Source of the DNA: Octopus sinensis
Taxonomy: Eukaryota
Direction of reading: 5' to 3'
NCBI RefSeq assembly: GCF_006345805.1
Contig: NC_043002.1
Span: forward strand, 7,006,001 to 7,070,000
DNA length: 64,000 bases
The notes under the pieces are model-generated. The model worked only from the letters and a program-made list of their open reading frames with translations. It was not told where the DNA came from and searched no databases. This document shows positions 26,591 through 38,256 of the stretch, one piece after another; the stretch's first letter is position 1, and every line of letters starts with the position of its first letter. The translations under genes were made by a program, and so were the position numbers.

Positions 26591-27706
26591 TATATACCAA
26601 TTTATACCAAGATAATTATTATAGTCCTCCGCCTAATTCGCCTTTTATACAGCTTAACTACAAAACACAAATCGTGACTTAAATGTGGAAGTAAGATTCA
26701 TATAGCGTAATGTTTATACGATACAAACGTTCCTTAGTCAGCTGTTCTGTGTATTATTTTCTTTTTTTTAGATTGTGGTAAGTTTAGATCCAACTAACAC
26801 AGGATCTAAAGCGTTTCAATAATGACAATCATTATTTGTATATGCATCAATCTAAGTTCCTACCGTCAAAACAGTAATGTGTAAACAAGAGATTTTGGTG
26901 GCTACTCGTAGCAAGTCCAAACTGTTGCGTAGAGACACCGTCATTGGCTCGTCTGTGCAGTGTACATTTGTGTGGGGAAAATCAAAATTTTAATAAATTC
27001 AAGCGACAAAACTTAATGCATCAAAACTTGTATTCCAAGCGATTATAGGATTTTTTCCTCTTCAATAAAAGAAACATTATAATTAAATATAAATATGAAT
27101 GGTTTTAGATTTCTGAAAATTAATGCCTACATTATAAATTTATAATAATACTCGATAAATTTTTGGTGTGACTTTTTTTCGAAAATTCACAACAAAATGT
27201 TACGGAATTAATCTTGCGAGTCTTGTCATTTTTACGATAGTTTGATCCCTAAAATGTTATTGAATAAAATAAGTAAAAACAATTCTGGAGAAATTTACTG
27301 ATTTTCTTCTTTATTTTATTAAATATATTACATCAGTTCCTAACACAGCAATATGGCGTGAGATTAATCCTGTGGCGGTGACACATACTTGTTTGCCTTT
27401 AAACTCACAAATACTTCATGTTTACGTACATAGATACGTATATACATATGTATGCGTGTGTAAGTATGTGTGTATGTGCATATATATACATATACATATA
27501 CATATATATATATACTTGATAAGTGTAAGCACCTGTATAGGCCAGCTAGTGGCAGAGGTGAGATGGTATATATCAAATAAAATCGAAAACGGAACACAAA
27601 GGATGTCGCGGTACACGTGTTTCAAGCTTTATAAACGACCTGTTCTTACATCAGTGTATAATAGATATAAAAGATGGGTTAAAGCTCTCTTCAGCCGCAT
27701 GCCTTG

Positions 27707-27760
<54 letters not shown>

Positions 27761-27762
<2 letters not shown>

Positions 27763-27970
27763 TCAAATCAAAAATAAAACAGGACGAACAATAAAATCCA
27801 AGAGGACAACGCGGTTAACATATTAGATTGATGTTCAGAGAAAGTCTCAGACATAAAAAAGAGAGGATGTGATATTTCGAGCATAGCTCTTTATCAAAAG
27901 GTAGAAAGAGGGAACAGCCAGAGAGAAGGAAAGGAATAGTCTGAGAAAAGTATGTGTGTCGTTACATGGG
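27761..27970 (-). mobile_element. Hammerhead-motif element subfamily 3
   Basis: UUGAUAA-A-GAGC(UAU)GCUC-GAAAU-AUC at 27897-27871; layout like subfamilies 1 and 2; abuts (TA)n. Confidence 0.6.
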
Positions 27971-28059
27971 TGAAAAATAACTGACCTGAAATGGAGACAG
28001 ATAGAGAAAGTGTATGTGGATGTGTAGTAGTATCTGTGTGAGTGTGAGTTTCTATCATA

Positions 28060-28815
28060 CTTTACTCCAGACGGCTTGGTATATATCCTGCTACCCCAAA
28101 AATAATAGGTACGAAACTGAAAATGTATCTTGGGTACTGGATTTTTATCAATACTCCATAGATGTTCTCTTCCTCTTGTATTATTCTAACCACATTGGTG
28201 TCCAGACTGCAGCTGATTTCCTGAAGAGAACGTATGTTTTCCCTGTGGTCCCACACAACAATTTTAGGTAGGTTGTGTTGATGGGTGTTTTAATTTTTAA
28301 GTTCCACCAATGTTCATGTGACCCTTCGTCTGTAGGTGTTTTAATGTTGTTATCCTCTTCCACACTGTTCTGGCCAGCGCATCATGCCACATGGTAAGAT
28401 AATATCTGAAAGGCGGCGAGCTGGCAGAAACGTTAGCACGCCGGGCGAAATGACTAGCGATATTTCGTCTGTTCTTACGTTGCGAGTTCAAATTCCGCCT
28501 TGGTCAACTTTACCTTTCATCCTTTTGGGGGTCGATAAATTAAGTACCAGTTACGCACTAGGGTCGATGTAATCGACTTACTAACTATGTCTGTCTTTGT
28601 CCCTTCTATGTTTATCCCTTGTGGGTAGTAAAGAAATAGGTAAGACAATATCTTGAAGACATTCTCTCACAGTTGGAATAATGTGGTTGATGTCTTCAAT
28701 CTTGATCTTGCACAGCCTACATTTGTTATCTAATTACTTGATGGGGATATCTTGTTCTTGAATTGCATGGGGTAAACTTAGAATTCGGATGTCATAAACT
28801 TTTCGAGACTCCATG
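28060..28815 (-). mobile_element. R4/Dong-like restriction-endonuclease LINE fragment, interrupted by a SINE
   Basis: HAIQEQ..DNKCRLCKIKIEDINHII zinc knuckle, then IVVWD..QEISCSLDTNV..EENIYG..FVPIIFG. Confidence 0.75.
28408..28638 (+). mobile_element. SINE family B with 15 bp TSD
   Basis: GGTAAGA(T/C)AATATCT at 28393-28407 and 28639-28653. Confidence 0.92.
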
Positions 28816-29732
28816 CTTTCATAGACTTGCGGCCTGAAATTTTCTTCTCCTCTGCAATTATGTAGGTTCTACTAGGCATTTTTCCCAAAAAGGCCAGTTT
28901 CATCACAGTTGAATACCTGTTATGCTACGTACCCCTCGGCGGCGATGAGCCGGCGGAATTCACGCAAGAAACCCTAGCTGCGTTCGTGTCAGAACTTGCT
29001 GCTTCTCCAAACCTGATGACGTTATGAACACCACTCCTCTTCTTGAAATAATCGAACTGGCCTTAAATATGTCTGCTGATGTTCTAGGGTTCTGCTTCAG
29101 GAGATCCCCATACAGCTTTCGTACTTTATTGCTGATGATGGTCTCCGTAATCGTATCCCCTGAATGTTGCTTCTCGTTGATCTACAGGAGGAGCAATTTT
29201 TCTATCTCTTCGTGGACAGATGTGCCTTGTAACGGCCCTTTGCTGTTGTAACGGCATTGATCTCATCCTTATTCTTCAGGATGATGCAGATAGTCGTCGT
29301 ACTTCGGTCGTATTGACGTGCTATGTCCACTACACGTTCTCCTCTCTCGCATTTATCAATGACTTCTTTCTTGAGTTCTATCGTAATCAGCTTTTTCTTT
29401 TTCTCAGCACGCTTTTGTGCTAACCTTCTTAGGAGCCATAGCTAATACAATTATTATAAAATGATAGCAAAAAAAAAACCGGACAAAACTAAAAACAAAC
29501 ACTAAGAAAAACACAACAGGAATGCTACCACAACGAGATAAACACGTGAACTGTGTGGGCAGAGACTGAGATTGCTGGGAGAGTGTGTGCAAGCTCAGCA
29601 ACGATTAGCTTGTATGAAACTCTCTCGTACTGCGGATTTCCACTCAAACTTCAAGACAAAGATTCGTACAAGCCTCGGCTCGTACAGCAAATTACTCGTA
29701 CAATGATACACTCGTACTGCGAGGTTCTACTG
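28816..29732 (-). mobile_element. Tigger/pogo transposon 5' half
   Basis: TA-CAGTAGAACCTCG end; MAPKK..ITIELKKEVIDKCERGERVVDIARQY..IEKLLLL..FKAS..QVFNCDETGLFW. Confidence 0.88.
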
Positions 29733-30070
29733 TAATATGATGTAATATATTTGGACATAATCCACCTTATGCCAAATACATTTTTTTTCTTTTCCTTTTA
29801 TCAATCATTTGTATCCACACATACATATATATATATAATATAGTCGATCTTAAGCCTACACTTACATTAACCGGATCTGTATCCCAGTCTCTGGGGTATT
29901 TAGTGACTGAAAATAAGGGTTTCAGTCCGGAAATCGACCTTGCAACCATACAGTTGAATCCAGCATCCTAACTTCTTGAGAATTTTTGAAGCAAACATCA
30001 ATATCCAATGACTATATTTTTATGACATAGTTTGTATCTCCATTACTTTCTTTACATATGTGTGTGTGTA

Positions 30071-30117
<47 letters not shown>

Positions 30118-30120
<3 letters not shown>

Positions 30121-30314
30121 CCAAACAAGAAAGCACAAAAAACACAACAACGCGAGGACGTGGAACAAATATAGTATTATTGAACGGTCAGGAAAGAAGG
30201 AGGGTTTAACGTTTCGAGCGGAGCTCTTCGTCGGAAACATAGGAGAAGGAAAGATCCAGAGAAGGGAAGACAGAGGAAAAGAAATCGCCAACGGTACACA
30301 CGCGGTCACATTTT

Positions 30315-30316
<2 letters not shown>
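30118..30316 (-). mobile_element. Hammerhead-motif element subfamily 2, full length, (TA)n on both sides
   Basis: Homologues at 930, 52895 and 60055. Confidence 0.85.
30204..30238 (-). ncRNA. Putative minimal type I hammerhead ribozyme
   Basis: GUUU-CCGACGA-A-GAGC(UCC)GCUC-GAAAC-GUU-AAAC; core has U4C. Confidence 0.7.
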
Positions 30317-30372
<56 letters not shown>

Positions 30373-30374
<2 letters not shown>

Positions 30375-30641
30375 AAGGAAATGTTATAAGGCATAATGCT
30401 AAATTGAAAGTAAATTTTAATACAAATGGGTGTATGAAGAATTTTAAAAAATAATAATAAATCATACCGGTTTTTATTGCAAGGCAAATTTTCAAGATTT
30501 AGAAGGGGAATTTTTTTTTAAATTGAGGAAAGGGGAAAAGAAATTTACAATGTTTCTTTCAAAAAAATAATAATACATATACACCAATTTTTATTAAATT
30601 TACTTTCAATTTAGCATTCTGCCTTAAACTTTTTCCTTTCC
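30373..30641. mobile_element. Foldback/MITE with ~65 bp imperfect TIRs and TA flanks
   Basis: GGAAGGAAATGTTATAAGGCATAATGCTAAATTGAAAGTAAATT mirrored at 30575-30641. Confidence 0.7.
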
Positions 30642-31418
30642 TATCATTTCTCTACGTGCGGTTGGCACAACCCCACTATTTACTGATTTATATATATATA
30701 TAAATATATATATATAGTTGTCTAAGATTGTTTAGAAGTCAATTATTCCACTAATCATTGAAATAGTTTCACTTCTGTCGATTCCTTTTGATTCTTGTTT
30801 TCAATTAATGACGTCTTCTGCGCTGGTTAACCTCATTAAGTAATAATCTTCTTTTAACGCACGCTTCTTCTCAATTCATCCTATCAATTTTCCATGCTTG
30901 ATATTTTTTCTTACTTTTATTATTATTATTTGCAGTGAACAGAAAAAGCTTTTTATCTATACGGCTATAACATTTAGATATGAAAACGGAAGAAATAACG
31001 ATTAGGTAACACGTCTGCTCAAAATGGGTCCTCTTTTCTTCTTTCTTCTTTCATAAGCGAACTTTCGCGGAACATCAGAGGGAAATATTGAATACTAGCA
31101 AGCATATTTATGTAGAGTTAACCGGAATGTTAAGCCGGAAATAGATACATAGAGGAAATATAAACCACGCGTTTGTCACTTGGTCGGATTTGTCGTTTAT
31201 GTAATGTCTAATCGATCCCATATTATACTTCTTTATACATACATATATGTGTGTGCATGTGTGTGTGCGTGCGCGCGTGTGTGTATCGTTTGTGAGTTTG
31301 AGCTTATAAGTTCTATCATTTCTACATTCATATATATGTGCCTATAACAAATAATAGACGATGTTTATGCTGTTATGTATATATATATATATAGTTAAAT
31401 ATATAGATACATACGTAC

Positions 31419-31463
<45 letters not shown>

Positions 31464-31669
31464 TATATACGTACATACATACCTATAAGATAACAATGTC
31501 ACACCGTTAGCAGATAGGTAGGAAAGAAGATGAGAGAGAAAGAAAAATAGAATAAAATGAAATAAAGTAAAACAATATATAAAGACACTAAAGGTAGCAG
31601 AATGCCAGTTGGTTTAATTTTCTGTAATAGGTTCATAAATATAAAAAAAAAAATAAAGTTCATGGATAG

Positions 31670-31870
31670 ACGAGGGTGGGCTGAAAACTTCATAGGCTGA
31701 CTATGAAAGAGTTTACGCTAGAGCTGCGAAACCTTGCATACATCAATTTCATCCCTTCTAATTAATAACTGTATTGTCTCTTTTTTCAGGTAGATTGACA
31801 TCTGACCGCTCAAAGAAAGCTTCCAAAATAGCCAGTAGAGACTCTTCTTGATTATGCACATGGACATTAT
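31670..31870. mobile_element. mariner-type terminal fragment
   Basis: ACGAGGGTGGGCTGAAAA TIR-like start; no partner TIR found. Confidence 0.5.
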
Positions 31871-31889
31871 ATAATATCGAAAGAAGGTT

Positions 31890-32607
31890 CTATCTGTGAT
31901 CTTGTGGAGACCAAAAACGTAGCAAATGTTTTGCCATATGTCGACATGACCCAAAAATTTCAGTTCTTGAATTTAGACATGTAGCGGTATCTAAATAACT
32001 TTTCCAGATAAGCCATCTTTCCATATCACAAAGACCGCACTTTTCACTGCCGTTGGTGTAAGGCTTACACTTGGCCAAGATCTTCCAGTGAATCTTATAG
32101 TTGACATATTTTTTCTTTTAAGAACTATATATAACTGGATAATTTGGTTGTTTTCCTTTCATCCCAGTGTCTGAAGCTTAAGGTGTGATTGTTGAGCCTA
32201 GCTTTAAAATTTCCGTGTGAGACCCACATATTTCTTTGACGAAACTAAGCCCTTGGTTGTTGTAGAGTCTACGGTGGCTTCATAAATGATGGCCTTGGTC
32301 ATACAAGCTCCATTTAGCGGGCACAAATGTTTAACTCCGCAGGAACAGCCGGCTTCATCTTGTTGTTTTCTTTGTTATATGCAATTATATTTTTAATGTT
32401 AGCAGTAGAACTAAAACTAATTTTTAAGTTGTGCCTATTAAAGAGCTTCTATAATTATGATTGATTGGAAAATGCATATCTATAAGGGATAAGAAATATC
32501 TACCTATATTAAAGGTCACTTCGAGGGAGTAAGGTGGTGTGAACCAGATAATTTTCCTATTCCTATTTTTCCTTTTCTTTAGTACTGAACTAGTGACTGG
32601 TGTATAG
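31890..32607 (-). mobile_element. Penelope-like element, linker plus GIY-YIG endonuclease fragment
   Basis: RKIIWFTPPYS..NIGRYFLSLIDMHFP..CSC..CPLNGAC..YVGLT/FKARLNNH..WKILAKCKPY..CGLC..CLNSRTEIFGSCRH. Confidence 0.88.
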
Positions 32608-33549
32608 GTATTTGGTGTCTTGGGGTCACGTGTTTGGTGCCAGCGACATATAAGGATACAAAGCTGGCTCTTTACAAATCATTTGTCTTGCCATCCCTGT
32701 TGTATTCCTGTGACAATTGGACTTGTTAGGAAAGCCATTTTAAATTATTGAAACAATTCCACTAAAAATGCCTTCATCGCATTTTAAAAATTAAATGGGG
32801 TTCTTTTACTCCAGATACAGATGTCCTTGCATCTGCAGGCATCATCTCAATTAAAACTATGATTTTGAGGAACCAAATGAGATGGTGTGGCCATATTGTT
32901 CGAATGGCAGATGAACACATGCCGAACCATCTGTTTTATGGTGAGCTTGTAAGAGGGGAAATGCTATCGGTGTAAACCTAAAAAAAGGTTTAAGGACGAC
33001 ATAAGAACTACTATGAAGTCACTGGGAATGGTTACAGAAGATATAAACCATTGCTTCGTATCGAGTTGGATGGCGAACAAAGGTGTAGAGTGGAAAGCAT
33101 TTGAAGAGGCCAGGATAACACAAGTAAGACCCAAAAGAGATATAAGGAAGAATGTAACAATCGAGAAGGTGAATGACAATGATAATTTTGTGTGCACAGT
33201 CTGTGACAGAGCATGCCTGTCTTTTGCTGACCTCAAATCTCATCTAGGAATGCATGGAAATCAAACCTTCACCAACCATTATGCCTATATGTCTGTGCGC
33301 ACCTTTGAATGCAGTGTATGCCAGAAGGTTTGCAAATCCAACGGAGGTCTCAAGAGACATTTTAAGATCCACAAAGAGCAGAGCGTATCTGCAGCTCTTG
33401 GTGGTCCAAATTGGATGTGCAATCTGCGTGGGTATCTTTTCAGAACATTGTTTGGTTTAAAAAGCCACATAAATAATATATATTTGCAAAGGGAACCTAC
33501 TTTTCATCGACAACCGGTGATTGTCACACGTTGATGACGGGTCAATACC
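32608..33549 (+). mobile_element. RTE (BovB-like) LINE 3' part with C2H2 zinc fingers
   Basis: TKLALYKSFVLPSLLY..NQMRWCGHIVRM..LFYGEL..CTVCDRACLSFADLKSHLGMH, CSVCQKVCKSNGGLKRHFKIH, degenerate third finger. Confidence 0.9.
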
Positions 33550-33729
33550 CAGAAACTGAAGTCTGTGTGTATCATAGGTTGAAGACGGGAAGGATGGCTT
33601 CCCTTTGCAAATACTGATAGGGCACAGAAAGTGTGTCAATAGCTAGCTGGAGGAAGTGTCCTCCTGGGGCTACAAGCTACAGTAGCATCCACCTTTAGGG
33701 CTTAGCCACATTTAAGTGGCAAATGTACT

Positions 33730-33775
<46 letters not shown>

Positions 33776-36190
33776 TATATATGTGTGTGTGTGGTGTGTG
33801 TGTGTGTGTGGTGTGTGTGTGTATTATGTATATGTATTTATGTATGTCAGTATGTTTACGCACACATATCTATACGTATGGAGAGAGACACACACATTTA
33901 TGATTAGTAATTTAAAAGGGGGAGAATTTAATATACTGTTATATGTACTACATTATTATTTATTACTTTTAAGTTTCAGAAAGCTACAAAAGTTTCTCAA
34001 GGGTGAGTTTTGCGTGCAACAGTCACCAGTGAGCGCGCGTATGTGTGATACAGAACTGCAAGTAAAAATAAAAACATTATTATTCGATCAGAGAATCTCT
34101 ATAATTGAGTTACTGGAGGTGATAGGAGCGACTAAGACCTTTCGAATTGGTAATCCATATCGGAGGACTACGCAGGGAAAAGGAAAGAAAACTTGATACA
34201 AAAATAGTGATTTCAATGTTTTGTGGAAGATGTGTGAGTGTATGTTTGCTTGCGTATATGTGTCTATGTGTGAGAATGTGTGTGTGTGTCTATGTGAATG
34301 TGTGTGTCTGTCGAATGATAAGGAGACATCATCACGTTTTAACACCACAAGGCTTATATTGGGTGTGGTTAATGGGGCTACTGTTTCTTGTTAGTTGTTA
34401 GAGGATTAGTTTTTGGTGAAAACCTTTGTGGAACACAGGCTCTAGAAGATGCGGCAGATTGATAGTGATAATATAACTCATGAGATAATATATTGAGTGA
34501 GTATTTTTATAGGGTGACAGGGAAAACCGAGATCAGACAGTGATATAATCGTAATAATAGTCGTTGGTTGTACTATTCTGGTGTAGTGACAGCAAAATAT
34601 TGTGTGCTATGATGAAATAAAATGCTATACAATAAAACAGTAAGAGAACATGGAAAAAAGTCAAGTGTGGGTAAGCGCTGTATGTCATTATTAAACCGGT
34701 GTCTTCAGGGTAACTCTATTTTGAATGTGTGGCTAATGAAAGAGAGTCTGAATAGAATCACTGTGAAATGTAGTAGAATGTAAAAAGGAGGTCTTTTTAA
34801 AGAACTAAGAGGCATTGTCTCCTGGCGTTTTTATACATAAAAACAGTAGTGGTAAGGACAATGAGCTCGTTGATGTCTTGTTTCTCTCTGGATCTCTTAG
34901 ACGAGACTTTGTGGCATGACATGACATCTTTAGGTTCCGAGTTTAGCACTTAGGCCTTCCCAAGAAATAGAGTCTACCATCCCATCTTAGTGAAGACATA
35001 TATCTCTTTATCAATCACACCGAAAATCAGAATGGAGCAATGCTCTCTATGAATCTCTGAGATTCGATAAAGTACGAATTTCCTATCAATACTACGACTT
35101 GTATTTTCAAAATATTCATCGAGTTATAGATGTAAAATGGTATTAGTCTGTTCTATATGTATTTTATGTTGGAGAAACTGCTCCGCTGAATGCTGAGAGA
35201 TCGGCCAGCGGGATTCACGATTAGCATTCAGTGTAAGTGACCGAGTATTCCACGAACACGTATGCTCTGAACTTAATTCTGAGACTGAATCCGTACAACA
35301 CAAATCGCGAAAATACTAGAATTGAATTAGAAATCCAGTGCACCCTCCCCCACTCACATACAATCCAACCACATTCCATACTCACACTTTCCTTCACACA
35401 ATTTTACTCACATAGTTTGTGTTGACACGAGGTAATAATAAAATATATTAACCCAAGGTTCCACGCATTAAAACTGAACTCAGGTCCTCTTTGAAAGCAA
35501 TGCGAACTTCTTAATCACTCAGCCATGCCTGCAACGTTAACGCAGGCATGACTAAGAAATTCACTCCGCAATCATGCGTGAATAAGAAGTGCTTAAATAT
35601 TTATATAATGTTTACTATGCGAATGACTGCAGGTGCGTTAAGTTGAAGTTGTCCCTCTGAAAATTCATAGATGTGAGCAAAGTGGCTTATTGGAATGATA
35701 GCTCTTATGAGCAAATGTACTGTTATTTTGCCTTGAAATGATCATTTCAATATTTCAGTGCATTGCTGTGTTGGTGGCTGTATGAGAGACAATCCTTGTT
35801 TGAATATAACGGGCATAATATATGAATGCGCAGACTATTGTTAACATGGAGGTAACGTGAGCTTGATCCTAAGCGTATATGGATGAGTTCATGAATGAAC
35901 ATACATACGTACATACGCCCATGCGTATGGATTTATGTATATGAGAGTATTTTACTGCATGCGGTGGTTTTTATATGTATAACAATTTATGCATGTAAGC
36001 TGTATGAATGTGTAACATATACGAATGAGAACGTATAAACTGGCGAGTTAGTTCGTCGATAACTACACGTGAAGATGTATTTGTTGGTGCTCTGGGTCTG
36101 TTGGTAGCATCGACATTAACATATATATACATAAATGCATACATACAACATAGGTACATGCTTATGCATACACGCATACATGTATGCATG

Positions 36191-36222
<32 letters not shown>

Positions 36223-36333
36223 TATGTATATATGTATATATGTATATATATATATGTATATATGTATATATATATATTCATACATATAGACATACATACA
36301 TTCACACACACAAACACGCATATATACATGTGT

Positions 36334-36380
<47 letters not shown>

Positions 36381-37090
36381 CGTATGTGTGTGTGTGTGTG
36401 TGTGCCTGTGTGTGCCTGTGTGTATGTATACGCGTGAAAGAGGTGTATCTGTTTTATGTTATGACAGAACATGTAGATCGTCTCCATCTATGAAAACATG
36501 AACTTCATTTGCTCCAAAATATCTAATGATTATTCTACTAATGTCTTCAGCCTTCACTGAATTTTGCATTAAATTTGCTGGGCTATTTCTGGTTGACTTC
36601 ACTTCCTGGGGTTTCATTTTTTGATGACTTTAATTTTGTTTTATTGAATGTATTTAATTTCACTTCCTAAAAGTTCGACTATATGTATGTGTGTGTTTTT
36701 TATTTGTTAATTTATGCACCGTTATTGCATGCGCACACACAAGCACATAGCTACATGCACAACCATAGATGCATACATATATCACCACGCACACACGTGC
36801 GTACAATTACACACAAGGAGTGCATATGTGAGTATATGCGTATACATACATACAGACATACATACACACATACACACACACACATGCATGCTTGCAAGTA
36901 TGTATGCCAATATATATATGTGTGTGTGTGTGTGTGTATGCATCTGTATATTCATGTATCCATACATACATACTTTATACATTATACATACGCATAATAA
37001 AGAACGTGTCTATATGTGCATATACATGCTTGTATGTGTGTATAAATGTATATATATATATGTATTATATATATAATGTATATATATATA

Positions 37091-37127
<37 letters not shown>

Positions 37128-37142
37128 GTATATATATATATG

Positions 37143-37188
<46 letters not shown>

Positions 37189-37861
37189 AAGAGAAGCGAG
37201 ATTGAGAAGTTAGAGACATATATAGTCGTGTATATATATGGACATGCGTGCTATATGAATACGTATGTGTGTGCGTGTGCGTGTTTACAAGTAAAAGAAA
37301 AGAGCACTCAATACATGGAGTCATGTTTATATTAATTGAAAATTAGTTGATGATTCATTCCGCTGTTACACAGTGTTGCACCCTTTTAAGTTATATATGC
37401 GATACGTCAAACATTATACATTGCAATAAGCTGTCTGCAAACACTCTACTTTGGCCGATTTTCATTGATGAAGTTAGTCACATGACTAGATAACTGTTCT
37501 GTAAAGGTTAACACTCAATCCATTTGTAAATTGTAGGACGTAAAGCTACTTTGAGACACGCGTTAGATATAAGTCACCAATCCTTGAATTTTCGGCTGTT
37601 TCGAAGCGATCAAGGTCAAAGCTCTTATGATGAATGCATTGATATCTCTGGTTGCTTAAACATCTGGAATAAAGCCTTCTGTTTCTTAATTCACTGAACT
37701 AAAGGAAGACTTTATCAACGTATTCTCTGAGCTTCCAGATAATTGGGATAAGAATGTGGGGTAGTCACTATTCATTGAACTCAATAAGTGTAAATGGTGG
37801 TAACAATGGCTTTTGAAAGTACCCAAAGCGGAACTGCGTAATTTTCTATCTCTGTCCTCTC

Positions 37862-38256
37862 TTTTTACTCTTTTTCTCTTTTACTTGTTTCAGTCATTTG
37901 ACTGCTGCCATGCTGGGGTACCGCCTTTAGTCGAGCAAATCGACCCCAGGATTTATTCTTTGTTATCCTAATATTTATTCTATCGGTCTCTTTTGCCGAA
38001 CCGCTAAGTTACGGGGATGTAAACATACCAGCATCGGTTGTCAAGCGATGTTGGGGTGACAAACACAGACACACAGACATATACACGCACTTACATATAC
38101 ATATACATATATACGACGGGCTTCTTTCAGTTTCTGTCTACTCACAAGGCTTTGGTTATAGTAGAAGACACTTGCCCAAGGTGCTTCGCAGTGGGGCTGA
38201 ACCCGGAACCATATGGTTGGTAAGCAAGCTACTTACCACACAGCCATTCCTGCGCC
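37862..38256 (-). mobile_element. SINE family A, full length
   Basis: Reverse complement match from head to tail. Confidence 0.9.

Noticed and set aside
33013-33534. Host C2H2 zinc-finger gene
   Set aside because: The fingers are in frame with the RTE RT C-terminus and also occur in the second RTE copy; they are part of the retrotransposon.
34130-34175. Hammerhead-like hairpin plus GAAA on the minus strand (CCGAUAU-GGAUU(ACC)AAUUC-GAAAG-GUC)
   Set aside because: The core deviates at several positions and stem I does not form; single copy.
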